From a virus (taxonomy: Duplodnaviria > Caudoviricetes), in the IMG/VR virus record IMGVR_UViG_3300047276_000460, positions 1-56,709 of that record: a DNA stretch of 56,709 nt; one strand, written 5' to 3'. This document shows, in pieces, positions 15,056 to 24,737 of this stretch; positions within the stretch are counted from its first letter, which is position 1; each line of letters opens with the position of its first letter. A program made the position numbers and the translations under genes. The notes beneath the pieces were generated by a model that had not been told where the DNA came from, ran no database searches, and saw nothing but the letters and a program-made list of their open reading frames with translations.

Positions 15056-15574
15056 ATGGACGGTTTCAAGAACAGCACGAAAACGCAGTACATGAAGGGC
15101 GGAGCCTGTGACGGCTACGCCAAGGGCGGCAGCGTCAAGGGCGCAGCCAAGATCGCCAAGGTCATGGGCGAGTTCAAGTCCGGCAAGCTGCACAGCGGCT
15201 CGAAGAAAGGCCCCGAAGTCACCAACCCGAAGCAGGCCGTCGCCATCGCCTTGAGCGAGGCGCGCAAGGCCGGTGCCAAGGTGCCGATGAAAAAGGGTGG
15301 CGGCGGCTCGGTCGAAGCTGACGACGTCCTGATGTCGCGCATGTCGAAGGATGAGATGGCGCAGGGTGCCAAGGGTGTCCGCATGGCGCGCGAGCGCATG
15401 TCCAAGGAGCGCATTAACGTGCCCGCGAAAAAGCTGCCGCCGAAGGCAGTTCCCGTCGCGCCGAAGCGCCCGCTGGTTGAGGCGAAGGGCTACGGTCCTG
15501 CGTCCAGCCTGAGCATTCCGTTGAAAAAGGGCGGCCTGTCCGCGATGCCGAAAGGCAAAGGCGGCAAATGCTGA
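15056..15574 (+). CDS. Basic protein with DUF6496-like segment
   Basis: KIAKVMGEFKSGKLHSGSKKGP.VT..KQA.AIALSEARKAG; several KGG motifs. Confidence 0.7.
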   Translation: MDGFKNSTKTQYMKGGACDGYAKGGSVKGAAKIAKVMGEFKSGKLHSGSKKGPEVTNPKQAVAIALSEARKAGAKVPMKKGGGGSVEADDVLMSRMSKDEMAQGAKGVRMARERMSKERINVPAKKLPPKAVPVAPKRPLVEAKGYGPASSLSIPLKKGGLSAMPKGKGGKC

Positions 15575-15582
15575 ACGGGGGT

Positions 15583-15622
15583 GGGCGGTTGGCTTGATGC
15601 CGACCGCCCGATCCTGTATAAG
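15583..15622 (+). promoter_or_regulatory. Putative promoter with -35 in the loop of an 11-bp hairpin
   Basis: TTGATG(15594)-17nt-TATAAG(15617); stem GGGCGGTTGGC/GCCGACCGCCC. Confidence 0.55.
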
Positions 15623-15686
15623 ACCCGCGCCAGAGATGTTCGCCTCAAGTGGCGAGCTGCTGCGATGACCAAGCGAGCAACATCTT

Positions 15687-16673
15687 ATGGCCTATAGCGG
15701 CACCGTATCTCAGACTGTTTTCAACACCCGCAAGGTGATCGACAACGCCGTGCGGCGGTGCAAACTGACTGCGCAGCAGATCAGTGCCGAGCATCTCGAC
15801 ATCGCGAACGATCAGCTCTACCTCTTGCTGTCGAGCCTCTCCAATCGCGGCATTCAACTCTGGTGCATCGAAAAGCAAATCTACCCGCTGTATAACGGCG
15901 TGGGCGACATCACACTCGATGTCGGCACCCTCGACGTCCTCAACAGCAACCTGCGCTGGCTGCAACAGGTCACCGGCATCAATTACGACACGGCGACGTA
16001 CCGCGAGGTGGACTTCACGTCTCCAGCGTTCGTGACGACGGTTGGCGTCCTCTGGGCGGCTGCATCCGTGCCGCTGGTGCTTGAGCGGAGCGATGACAAC
16101 GTCATTTGGGAGACCGTGCAAACTGAAACCCCTTCAGCAACAGCGGGGCAGTGGACTTGGTTCGATCTCGAAAGCAGCGTAGCCTCACGGTACTTCCGCG
16201 TGCGGGCAACCAGCGGCACCCTCGGTTTCAGTCAGATTTACCTCGGAAACACGCCGACGGAAATCCCGCTCGCGCGGATGAACAGGGACGATTACACGAA
16301 CCTGCCGAACAAGAGCTTCCAGTCGAACAGGCCGTTGCAGTATTGGTTTGACCGACAGGTTCAGCAGCCGATCATGCACCTCTGGCCGGTCCCGAACGAG
16401 CAGGCCGAACTTTACCAGATCGTCCTCTGGCGTCAGCGCTACATCATGGACGTCGGCAGCATGACGCAGCAGATTGAGGTGCCGCAGCGTTGGTACGAAG
16501 CTATCGTCGCCATGCTCGCGGCACGGCTCGCAATGGAGTACGTCGAAGTCGATGCGCAGCTCATTCCGATGCTCGACCAGAAGGCCACAGAAGCCCTCTA
16601 TTACGCGCAACAGGAAGAGCAGGACAACAGCCCGATCATGATCGCGCCCAACATCTCGATGTACACCCGCTGA
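15687..16673 (+). CDS. Head-tail adaptor-like protein with inserted beta-sandwich (F5/8-like) segment
   Basis: I.NA.RRC...A...L.LLL..L.NRGI.LW, RDDY.NLPNK, LWPVP, VP.RWYEAI motifs; WETVQ..RYFRVRAT insert. Confidence 0.6.
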   Translation: MAYSGTVSQTVFNTRKVIDNAVRRCKLTAQQISAEHLDIANDQLYLLLSSLSNRGIQLWCIEKQIYPLYNGVGDITLDVGTLDVLNSNLRWLQQVTGINYDTATYREVDFTSPAFVTTVGVLWAAASVPLVLERSDDNVIWETVQTETPSATAGQWTWFDLESSVASRYFRVRATSGTLGFSQIYLGNTPTEIPLARMNRDDYTNLPNKSFQSNRPLQYWFDRQVQQPIMHLWPVPNEQAELYQIVLWRQRYIMDVGSMTQQIEVPQRWYEAIVAMLAARLAMEYVEVDAQLIPMLDQKATEALYYAQQEEQDNSPIMIAPNISMYTR

Positions 16674-16903
16674 TGCCGGTTGAGGGCTATCTCGACACAC
16701 GCGGCAAGCAGTGGCTGGCGGTTGGCCTGTGCGACAGGTGCAAGCGGAAGTTTCCGCTCGAGGAACTGTGGAGCGACCGCAACAACCCCGGCCTGAAGGT
16801 GTGCCGCGACGACCTCGACGAGTACGACCCGTGGCGACTTCCGGTGCGCGAGGGCGAGCAAATCGCCCTGCGCTACCCGCGTCCAGATGTGGCGCTCGAC
16901 TGA
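16673..16903 (+). CDS. Small CxxC zinc-binding protein (paralog 1)
   Basis: CDRCKRKFPL...PGLKVC..D.D.YDPWRLP; TGATG coupling. Confidence 0.7.
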   Translation: MPVEGYLDTRGKQWLAVGLCDRCKRKFPLEELWSDRNNPGLKVCRDDLDEYDPWRLPVREGEQIALRYPRPDVALD

Positions 16904-17223
16904 TGCCGCTGTATCTCAATACGCGCGGGCGCACCTCGCTCGGGATCGGCATCTGCTCGCGCTGTAGCCGCAAGTTCCCGCTCGACCTGCTCCAGCCGGA
17001 CCCGAATTACCCCGGCCTGCGCGTGTGCGACAAAGACAAGGACCATTTCGATCCGTACCGGCTTCCTGCGCGGCAGCCGGACAACATCGGCCTCCCGTTT
17101 TCGCGCCCAGACGTACCAATCCCCACCAACCCTGCGGGCGTCATCGCGCAGAACGAAGACCAGTTTCTCATCACCGAGGACAACGACGATTTCATCATTT
17201 TCTTCGAGGATGAAGAACTGTGA
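16903..17223 (+). CDS. Small CxxC zinc-binding protein (paralog 2) with acidic tail
   Basis: CSRCSRKFPL...PGLRVC..D.D.FDPYRLP; TGATG coupling. Confidence 0.7.
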   Translation: MPLYLNTRGRTSLGIGICSRCSRKFPLDLLQPDPNYPGLRVCDKDKDHFDPYRLPARQPDNIGLPFSRPDVPIPTNPAGVIAQNEDQFLITEDNDDFIIFFEDEEL

Positions 17224-20200
17224 GCGTTCCTACAAATCTCATCCCGACCAAGATCACTGGGCTGCCTGAGTACGACGGCACGAGCCAGTTGGGCTTTTTC
17301 CCCTATGTCCTTGAGGGCCGCACGTACAAGGTTCAGTTCGCCCAGATCGCGGCGACAAGCGCGGTGCCGCCGACGCGGTCGATCAATACAGGCGTCGGTC
17401 TCGCAGGTGGCGGCAACCTCACGCAGGACCGGACGATCTACATCGCGAATGAGGGCGTCGGGTACGCCCAACTCAATAAAAGCGGCGTCGTGGCGGGTAC
17501 TTACGGCAATGCGCTTAACGTCCCAGCGATCACGGTGGACGATACCGGCCGCGTCACCAGCGTCGTCTCGACGCCAATTGTGCTGCCGCAGTACGTTCCA
17601 ACGTCGCGCACCATCACCGCAGGCACCGGCCTGTCGGGTGGCGGCGACCTGAGCACCAACCGCACGCTTTCTATCAATTTCTCGAGCGCGACGCCGCAAC
17701 CGCTGGGCGTTGCCACCGCAGGGTCAGGCACACAGGCAGCGCGGGACGACCACGTTCACCCCGCCGTCGATCTGTCCGACATCACGGAGACCCAAGGCGT
17801 GCTCCCCTTGGCCCGTGGCGGCACCGGCAACGCTCTGTCTCCCGTTGTCGGTGCCGTAGCCTATTCGAGCAGCGACAAGCTGTATCTGACGCCGACAGCA
17901 GGCAACGCTGGGCAGGTGCTGACGTCGGCGGGCGGCGTCGGCGCCCCGTACTGGCAGACGATCACAGGCACCGGCACCGTGACGAGCGTCAACCTGACGG
18001 CTGGCACTGGAATTAGCGTGGCTGGCGGCCCGATCACGACGGCAGGGTCGATTACGGTCACCAACACCGCCCCGGATCAGATCGTCTCGCTGACGGGCGC
18101 GGGGACGACCACCGTCACCGGCACATACCCTAATTTTACGATCACCTCGACGGACGCATACGGCGGCACCGTGACGTCTGTCGCCATGACTGTGCCGACA
18201 GGCTTGCAGGTCACAGGCTCGCCCATCACGACTAGCGGCACGTTGGCCGTGTCGCTCCAGAGCGGGTACTCCATCCCCACGACGGCAAGTCAAGCCAACT
18301 GGGACACGGCCTACACCGACCGCTTGAAGTGGGACGGCGGTGCGACGGGTCTCGTTGCGGCAACGGGCCGCACGTCCCTCGGTGCGACCACCGTCGGCGG
18401 CAACTTCTTCACGCTGACCAACCCATCGGCCATCACTTTCCCGCGCATCAATGCCGACAACACGGTCAGCGCGCTCGACGCGGCCTCCTTCCGCACGGCC
18501 ATCGGTGCAGGCACTGGCAGCGGCACCGTGACGTCTGTCAATGTCTCGGGCAACACCACCGGCCTGACGTTCACGGGTGGCCCGATCACGACGTCCGGCA
18601 CCCTGACGCTGGGTGGCACCCTTGTGGTGGCGAACGGCGGCACAGGGGCGACGACGGCTGCCGGTGCGCGCACGAACCTCGGCGCTGCGGCCTCTGGGGC
18701 GAACAGCGACATCACGTCGATGTCGGGCATCACCGGCTCTATCGGCTCGCCGACATACATCCAGTTCGGAAACGGCTCAGGCACCACGCTGGCTGCGGGC
18801 CGCATGTGGTACGACCAGACCACCGGCTCGCTCAACATGGGCATGGGCGGCGGGAACATCACGCAGCAGATCGGCGAAGAGCTGTTCGTCTACGGCAAGG
18901 CGTCTGCGGCCATCACTGACAGCCCCCTCCAGATCGTCTACCAGACGGGCACTGTCGGCGCGTCGGGCGTCATCACCTTCGCCCCGACGGTCGCGGGGAT
19001 CACTGACGGCAACATGATCGTCGGGGTGGCGACGGAAAACATCGCGCTCAACGGCTTCGGCCGCGTGACGTCGTTCGGCATCGTCCATGGCATCACGACC
19101 AACGGCACCGCGTACGGCGAGGTCTGGGCTGACGGCGACGTCATCTGGTACAACCCAGTCACCGGCAACCCGACCAACGTCAAGCCGGTTGCGCCGAACA
19201 TCAAGGTGCAGGTCGGCATCCTCATCAAGGCGGGCAGCGGCGGCTCGGGGTCCATTCAGGTCGAGGTCAATCACGGCTCGGTCCTCGGCGGCACCGACAG
19301 CAACGTGCAGATCACGAGCGTCGCGAACAACGACCTTTTGCAGTACAGCAGCTCGCTCGGCTACTGGCGCAACGTCGCGCTGACGTCCACGGCTGTGACG
19401 TCTTTCAGCGGCGGCACGACCGGCCTCACGCCCTCCAGCGCGACGACGGGTGCAATCACGCTCGGCGGCACGCTCAACGTCGCCAATGGCGGCACAGGCC
19501 AGACTAGCTACACCAACGGCCAGCTCCTGATCGGTAACACTACCGGCAACACGCTGACAAAGGCGACGTTGACGGCAGGAACGAACATCAGCATCACCAA
19601 CGGCGCAGGCTCCATCACGATCAATGCGACGGACCAGTACACCGGCACGGTGACATCTGTCGCAGCTTCCGGGGGTACGACCGGGCTGACATTCACCGGC
19701 TCGCCGATCACGACGTCCGGCACGATCACGCTGGCGGGAACGCTGGGCGTCGCCAACGGTGGCACCGGAGCGACGACGCTCACCTCGGGCTATTTGGTCA
19801 AGGGCAATGGCGCGTCGGCGGTCAGCGCGTCTGTTGTGTACGACAACGGCACGAACGTCGGCATCGGTACGAGTTCGCCGAGCGCGAAGCTGCACGTTCG
19901 CCCTACGACCGACGTGAACCATCTGTTTTCGTTCTCGGGCGCTGCCGCGACGTATCTGGCCGTCAACGACGCCAGTTCGGCCTACGTCGATTGCCTCAAG
20001 TACGCGAATACGTTCCAGTTTTACACTGCCTCCACAGAGCGGATGCGCATTCTCGCCTCGGGCAACGTCGGGGTCGGGACGAGTTCGCCCAACTCTAAGC
20101 TGGAGGTTTTTGGCGGAAACGTCCGCTCCGCACTCGCAAGCGCGTCGAGTGCAACCCTGCGCGGCTTCGTCATGGCCTCGGACAGCACCGAGTTTGCCAG

Positions 20201-21464
20201 CCTCAAGGCGGAGGCATCCTCGGGTGAAACGCGCCTCACCTCTGGGTTCACGGCATTTGGTGGGTACACGACGTTCTACACCAATGGCTCCGAACGCGCC
20301 CGCATCGACAGCAGCGGCAACGTCGGGATCGGAACGACCAGCCCCTCATCCTTCGGCGGGTACACCAGCCTCACTGTCAGCAACCCCACAAATGGTGGTT
20401 TGGTTGAGGCGACAAACGGAACTCGCACGATCCGAATGCAGTCGCAGGCATCGGGCAGCGCGCTGATCGGAACGACCACCTCGCACAGCCTTGGCATCAT
20501 GACCGCTGGCGTGGAGCGGGTCACCCTCGATACCAGCGGCAACGTGGGGATCGCAACCACGACACCACAGCGCCCCCTGCACGTCTTTTATGACAGCGCG
20601 GTCACAGGTCAGTACACGATGGTCTTGCAGGGGAGGACTGGCGGCTACGGTGCAGGCGTCAGCTTCCAATCAAACCTGACTGGTGGATCGCTCGCCGAAA
20701 TGGCGCGCATCACGGCTGACGGCGAAGACGCATGGAACACGACCGCATCGACGCAAGATGCTGGCCTGCGCTTCTACACGTCGCTTGATGGCACGGTCGC
20801 TGAGAAAATGCGGATCACCTCAGCGGGCAACGTCGGGATTGGGACGACTGCGCCTAGCTACACGCTGGATGTCCGCACTAACGCGAGCAACGCACTGCGT
20901 GTTGGCTCCTCAAGCAACGCTTTTGGTACACTCCTGTCATGGGACAATCCATCGGGCGAAGCGCGCCTCACGTCACTGGGGGCCTATTCTCTTACATTCG
21001 GCACCAACTCCACTGAGCGCATGCGCATCGACAGCAGCGGCAACGTCGGGATCGGGACGAGTTCTCCGGTTAGTAAGCTGCACGTCAACACGTCAACAGG
21101 GGCTATCTACTCCACTACCGGAAACGATGCGGGTGGAACCCAAATCGGTGTTGACACCTCAGGTGTCTCTGTTCTGTCCGCCTATGCCACCAATGCAATT
21201 CGCTTTGGTTACAACAGCGGCTCGACCTTTGTTGAGACAATGCGCCTCAGTGCCAGCGGCAATCTCAGCATCGGGACAACTTCGCCGGGGACTGGCACCA
21301 TCCTTGATGTACAGTCCACCACAAAGGGCGTGCGCTTCCCGAACATGACGACGACGCAGAAAAACGCGATCACGCCTGCGGCTGGCACCGTTGTCTTCGA
21401 CACCACGCTTGGCAAGCTGTGCCTCTACACTGGTGCGGCGTGGCAGACGATTACCTCAGCTTAA
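17220..21464 (+). CDS. Long tail fibre protein
   Basis: 1414 aa G/T/S-rich; GTVTSV..SGGTTGLTF.G.PITTSGT and ERMRIDSSGNVGIGT.SP repeats. Confidence 0.88.
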   Translation: MSVPTNLIPTKITGLPEYDGTSQLGFFPYVLEGRTYKVQFAQIAATSAVPPTRSINTGVGLAGGGNLTQDRTIYIANEGVGYAQLNKSGVVAGTYGNALNVPAITVDDTGRVTSVVSTPIVLPQYVPTSRTITAGTGLSGGGDLSTNRTLSINFSSATPQPLGVATAGSGTQAARDDHVHPAVDLSDITETQGVLPLARGGTGNALSPVVGAVAYSSSDKLYLTPTAGNAGQVLTSAGGVGAPYWQTITGTGTVTSVNLTAGTGISVAGGPITTAGSITVTNTAPDQIVSLTGAGTTTVTGTYPNFTITSTDAYGGTVTSVAMTVPTGLQVTGSPITTSGTLAVSLQSGYSIPTTASQANWDTAYTDRLKWDGGATGLVAATGRTSLGATTVGGNFFTLTNPSAITFPRINADNTVSALDAASFRTAIGAGTGSGTVTSVNVSGNTTGLTFTGGPITTSGTLTLGGTLVVANGGTGATTAAGARTNLGAAASGANSDITSMSGITGSIGSPTYIQFGNGSGTTLAAGRMWYDQTTGSLNMGMGGGNITQQIGEELFVYGKASAAITDSPLQIVYQTGTVGASGVITFAPTVAGITDGNMIVGVATENIALNGFGRVTSFGIVHGITTNGTAYGEVWADGDVIWYNPVTGNPTNVKPVAPNIKVQVGILIKAGSGGSGSIQVEVNHGSVLGGTDSNVQITSVANNDLLQYSSSLGYWRNVALTSTAVTSFSGGTTGLTPSSATTGAITLGGTLNVANGGTGQTSYTNGQLLIGNTTGNTLTKATLTAGTNISITNGAGSITINATDQYTGTVTSVAASGGTTGLTFTGSPITTSGTITLAGTLGVANGGTGATTLTSGYLVKGNGASAVSASVVYDNGTNVGIGTSSPSAKLHVRPTTDVNHLFSFSGAAATYLAVNDASSAYVDCLKYANTFQFYTASTERMRILASGNVGVGTSSPNSKLEVFGGNVRSALASASSATLRGFVMASDSTEFASLKAEASSGETRLTSGFTAFGGYTTFYTNGSERARIDSSGNVGIGTTSPSSFGGYTSLTVSNPTNGGLVEATNGTRTIRMQSQASGSALIGTTTSHSLGIMTAGVERVTLDTSGNVGIATTTPQRPLHVFYDSAVTGQYTMVLQGRTGGYGAGVSFQSNLTGGSLAEMARITADGEDAWNTTASTQDAGLRFYTSLDGTVAEKMRITSAGNVGIGTTAPSYTLDVRTNASNALRVGSSSNAFGTLLSWDNPSGEARLTSLGAYSLTFGTNSTERMRIDSSGNVGIGTSSPVSKLHVNTSTGAIYSTTGNDAGGTQIGVDTSGVSVLSAYATNAIRFGYNSGSTFVETMRLSASGNLSIGTTSPGTGTILDVQSTTKGVRFPNMTTTQKNAITPAAGTVVFDTTLGKLCLYTGAAWQTITSA

Positions 21465-21477
21465 AGGAGAAACTGAT

Positions 21478-21807
21478 ATGCCTACCACGTACACTTGGGC
21501 CGTCGTGCAGATGGACGCCTACCCCGAAGCCGATGGCGAAACCGATGTGGTCTTCATGGTACATTGGCTGCTCTCCGGCACGGACGGCACGTACGCTGGC
21601 TCCGTCTACGGCACGCAGTCTGTGTCGCTCGACCCGGCTGCGCCGTTCACGCCCTATGCCGCTCTCACTGAGGCGCAGGTCATCGGCTGGGTGCAGGGCG
21701 CGATGGGCGAAGAGCAGGTTGCCGCTTACGAAGCCAACGTCGCGCAGCAGATTGCAGACCAGATCAATCCTCCGGTGATCACGCCGCCGCTTCCGTGGAG
21801 CGCATAA
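21478..21807 (+). CDS. Tail-fibre-associated protein (DUF7936-like)
   Basis: AAAGGAG SD; TYTW...MD.YP..DVV..VHW...F.PY..LTE..V.GWV pattern, follows fibre. Confidence 0.65.
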   Translation: MPTTYTWAVVQMDAYPEADGETDVVFMVHWLLSGTDGTYAGSVYGTQSVSLDPAAPFTPYAALTEAQVIGWVQGAMGEEQVAAYEANVAQQIADQINPPVITPPLPWSA

Positions 21808-22169
21808 TGATCGAGCAACTCATCAGCCGTGTCTTTTACGCGCGCAACGTCGCCCACTACGAGCACTGGCGCGCGACAGGCACAGGCAGTTTCTCCCGCC
21901 ACATGGCTCTTGGGAGCTTTTACGAAGAAGTCATCGAGGCAATTGACGATCTCGTTGAGGCCTATCAGGGCGCCTTCGATCTCATCGGCAGCATTCCTGC
22001 GCCTGAAGCTCCGAAGAACGATATTCTGAAGCTCTTGCAGGCCGACGCCGACTGGATCGAAGAAAACCACGAGGACATCTGTAAGGGTAATCGTGCTGTC
22101 GCAAACTTGATCGACAGTCTGACAGGCGTGTACCTTTCGACGATCTACAAACTGCGCAATCTGAAGTAA
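21807..22169 (+). CDS. Ferritin-like protein (DUF5856-like)
   Basis: H..HW....SF..H.ALG.FYE....ID.LVEAYQG, final YKL..L; four-helix pattern. Confidence 0.7.
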   Translation: MIEQLISRVFYARNVAHYEHWRATGTGSFSRHMALGSFYEEVIEAIDDLVEAYQGAFDLIGSIPAPEAPKNDILKLLQADADWIEENHEDICKGNRAVANLIDSLTGVYLSTIYKLRNLK

Positions 22170-22180
22170 GGGTGGGTGAA

Positions 22181-22438
22181 ATGGACTTTCAGGTGTTGTT
22201 CAACGTCGCGGTGTGCGTCGCTGGTTTCTTCGGAGGTTGGACGCTCAACCGAATTTACACGGCCATTGACCGGCTCGACAGCGACGTGAGAACGATGCCT
22301 CTTACGTACGTCTCTAAGGACGATTTCAAGGATGCGATCCGCGACTTGAAGGATGACATGCACGCGGGCTTCGACAAGATCGACACCAATATCGGCACGC
22401 TCTTCAAACGCCTCGACCGCAAGGAAGACAAGCAGTGA
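22181..22438 (+). CDS. Membrane protein (holin/antiholin candidate)
   Basis: One N-terminal TM segment, coiled-coil tail; directly upstream of endolysin. Confidence 0.6.
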   Translation: MDFQVLFNVAVCVAGFFGGWTLNRIYTAIDRLDSDVRTMPLTYVSKDDFKDAIRDLKDDMHAGFDKIDTNIGTLFKRLDRKEDKQ

Positions 22439-22974
22439 CAGCCGCCAACTTCAAGCCCAGCTTGAAGGAACTTCTGCACCATGAAGGTGGTTTCGTTAAC
22501 CATCCGGCTGATCCGGGTGGGATGACGAACCTTGGCGTCACGCGCGAGACATACGAGGGGTGGGTCGGGCATCCTGTGAACGAAGCGATCATGCGCAAAC
22601 TCACGCCCGAACTTGTCGGCCCGCTGTACAAGAAGAAGTATTGGGACGTGCTGCGTTGCGACGCGCTCCCGACGGGCCTTGATCTGTGCGTTTTTGACTT
22701 CGGCGTGAACGCCGGAACCAGCCGATCTGGACGGTATCTACAGAGGCTCGTGGGAGCCACGCCTGACGGCGTCGTCGGGCCAGCCACAGTGCAGGCGGTC
22801 GAAACCAAACGCGCAACCGTCGGCACGGTCGCCCTGATCGAGCAGTTCCAAGAGGCGCGCCGCTCGTACTATCGCCAGCTTCCGACGTTCCCGACATTCG
22901 GTCGCGGCTGGCTGCGCCGCGTCGATGAAGTTGAGCGGACGGCCAAAAAGATGGCAAAAGAGGGTATCAAGTGA
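22435..22974 (+). CDS. Endolysin, glycoside hydrolase family 108 with PG-binding domain
   Basis: HEGGFVNHPADPGGMTNLGVT catalytic motif, FDFGVNAG, DGVVGPAT, FGRGWLRRV. Confidence 0.93.
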   Translation: MTAANFKPSLKELLHHEGGFVNHPADPGGMTNLGVTRETYEGWVGHPVNEAIMRKLTPELVGPLYKKKYWDVLRCDALPTGLDLCVFDFGVNAGTSRSGRYLQRLVGATPDGVVGPATVQAVETKRATVGTVALIEQFQEARRSYYRQLPTFPTFGRGWLRRVDEVERTAKKMAKEGIK

Positions 22975-23195
22975 CAATGCTCGGTGCCTTCGAAGAGAAA
23001 ACGCGGCGCTTTATCCGACTGTGGTGGCGCCCGATTACCTGCATTGGGATCGCGGGTGGCGTCGTGCTGAACGCAGTCATTCTTCCCGCGATCAGCGGCG
23101 AACCTATCAATATGACCGACTTTGCGGCGACGATTGCAGCTTGCGCTACCGCGTTTGCAGTTCGGGAATGGGGGAAGATCAATGGGGCTGAGTAG
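22971..23195 (+). CDS. Holin-like membrane protein
   Basis: WRP motif plus two hydrophobic segments; within lysis cassette. Confidence 0.6.
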   Translation: MTMLGAFEEKTRRFIRLWWRPITCIGIAGGVVLNAVILPAISGEPINMTDFAATIAACATAFAVREWGKINGAE

Positions 23196-23586
23196 GACGT
23201 TTGCTATCTACATCGCACTGGCGGTCTTCGCAGCGGGGCTGACGGTCGGGTGGACCGTTCGCGCATGGCGCTGCAATGCGGCGTACGCAAGTGCTACGGA
23301 CAAGGCCCTCAAGGCCAAAACCAAAAAGCAAGAGGTGGTTGATGATGTCTCCCAAATTTACGAAGAGACCCGCGCCAGCAACGACATTGGCACCGTCGAA
23401 CGGACCAACACCATCCGTGAAATTTACAGGACGGCGCCTGCGGCTCCTGCCGATTGCGCTGCTCCCGATGCTGTTCGCAGGGTGCTCGAAGGTGGTGTCA
23501 GTGCAGCCAATGCCGGAGCCTCCGGCCAACCTGTCAGCGCCGTGCCCGCCTCTCGCAACTCCGCCGAACCCACTGAACGACCCTGA
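23182..23586 (+). CDS. Inner-membrane spanin (Rz-like)
   Basis: N-terminal TM, helical periplasmic part, overlapping lipoprotein gene in another frame. Confidence 0.75.
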   Translation: MGLSRTFAIYIALAVFAAGLTVGWTVRAWRCNAAYASATDKALKAKTKKQEVVDDVSQIYEETRASNDIGTVERTNTIREIYRTAPAAPADCAAPDAVRRVLEGGVSAANAGASGQPVSAVPASRNSAEPTERP

Positions 23587-23689
23587 TCGGGCGATCTGGG
23601 AGGGCGAACTGATTTCAAAATACGCGGACTGCGCCGTCCGGCACCGGCTGGCGGTGGACGCGTGGCGCAAATCTTTGCGCGTGCGCTGA
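23417..23689 (+). CDS. Outer-membrane spanin lipoprotein (Rz1-like)
   Basis: Signal MKFTGRRLRLLPIALLPMLFAG-C lipobox, Pro-rich PPANL..PCPPL, Y..CA.RH. Confidence 0.75.
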   Translation: MKFTGRRLRLLPIALLPMLFAGCSKVVSVQPMPEPPANLSAPCPPLATPPNPLNDPDRAIWEGELISKYADCAVRHRLAVDAWRKSLRVR

Positions 23690-23705
23690 CACACTGGAGA
23701 TACAA

Positions 23706-24728
23706 ATGCCCGCTCAAATTTTCACCGATGACGAGTTCATCACCGCGTGGCAGCGCGCGAATGGCAGCCCAAAAAAGGTCGCGGCTCTGCTCAACACATC
23801 CGAGCGCCGCGTCTACCAGCGCAGGGTGGATTTGGCGAATAGGGGCGTCGTCCTGAAAAGCACGCCGCCCAACAATCGCACCACGACCAAGTGGTCCAGC
23901 GATGACGTGGGTCGCGCATATACGCGGCAGCTCGATCTCGATGTTGACACTGGCTGCGTCATCGCTTTTTCGGACGCGCACTGGTGGCCCAATCAGGAAC
24001 GTACGGTCGCGAATGAGGCGCTTCTGCTGCTGATTAAGGCCCTCAAGCCTCGCGCGGTGTTCGCGAATGGCGACATGTTTGACGGCGCGAGGGTCAGCCG
24101 TCACGCACCGCTTGGGTGGAGCGATCTGCCGACGGTGAAGGAAGAACTCGAAATTTGCCAAGATCGACTGGCCGAGATCGAAGATGTTCTACCGAAGGGG
24201 TGTCGCAAGATTTGGAACGTCGGGAACCACGACGCGCGATTTGACCGGGCGCTGTGCATGAACGCGGCGGAATACGAGGGTGTCGTCAGCCGCCTCGACG
24301 ACAAGTTTGATCGCTGGGATTTTACGTGGTCAACGATGATTAACGAAAATGTGATGGTTAAACATCGCTATCACAACGGCATCCACGCGACCTACAATAA
24401 CACCCTGAAGTCTGGCCGCTCCATCGTCACGGGACACCTTCACCGCCTCGCCGTGACGCCATGGGCCGACTATAACGGGCGTCGGTATGGTGTTGACACG
24501 GGCACGCTTGCGAACCCGCATGGCCCGCAGTTTGACTATTCCGAGAACAACCCCTCTCCTCACACATCCGGATTTGCGGTCCTGAATTTCAAGGATCGAA
24601 TGCTGCTGCCTCCCGAGTTGGTCGAAGTCATCAACGGCAAAGCCTATTTTCGGGCTGAATGCGTTTTCGACGGCACTGACGCAGGCATGCAAAGTGTTTC
24701 TGTCCAAACAGCCAAAAAGCGAGTATAG
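23706..24728 (+). CDS. Calcineurin-like metallophosphoesterase with N-terminal HTH
   Basis: SDAHW, NGDMFD, GNHD, KH, GHLH motifs. Confidence 0.85.
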   Translation: MPAQIFTDDEFITAWQRANGSPKKVAALLNTSERRVYQRRVDLANRGVVLKSTPPNNRTTTKWSSDDVGRAYTRQLDLDVDTGCVIAFSDAHWWPNQERTVANEALLLLIKALKPRAVFANGDMFDGARVSRHAPLGWSDLPTVKEELEICQDRLAEIEDVLPKGCRKIWNVGNHDARFDRALCMNAAEYEGVVSRLDDKFDRWDFTWSTMINENVMVKHRYHNGIHATYNNTLKSGRSIVTGHLHRLAVTPWADYNGRRYGVDTGTLANPHGPQFDYSENNPSPHTSGFAVLNFKDRMLLPPELVEVINGKAYFRAECVFDGTDAGMQSVSVQTAKKRV

Positions 24729-24737
24729 AGGTTCGGT

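Noticed and set aside
17220-21464. Diversity-generating retroelement or invertible tail-fibre system
   Set aside because: No reverse transcriptase or invertase; repeats do not show adenine-specific TR/VR differences
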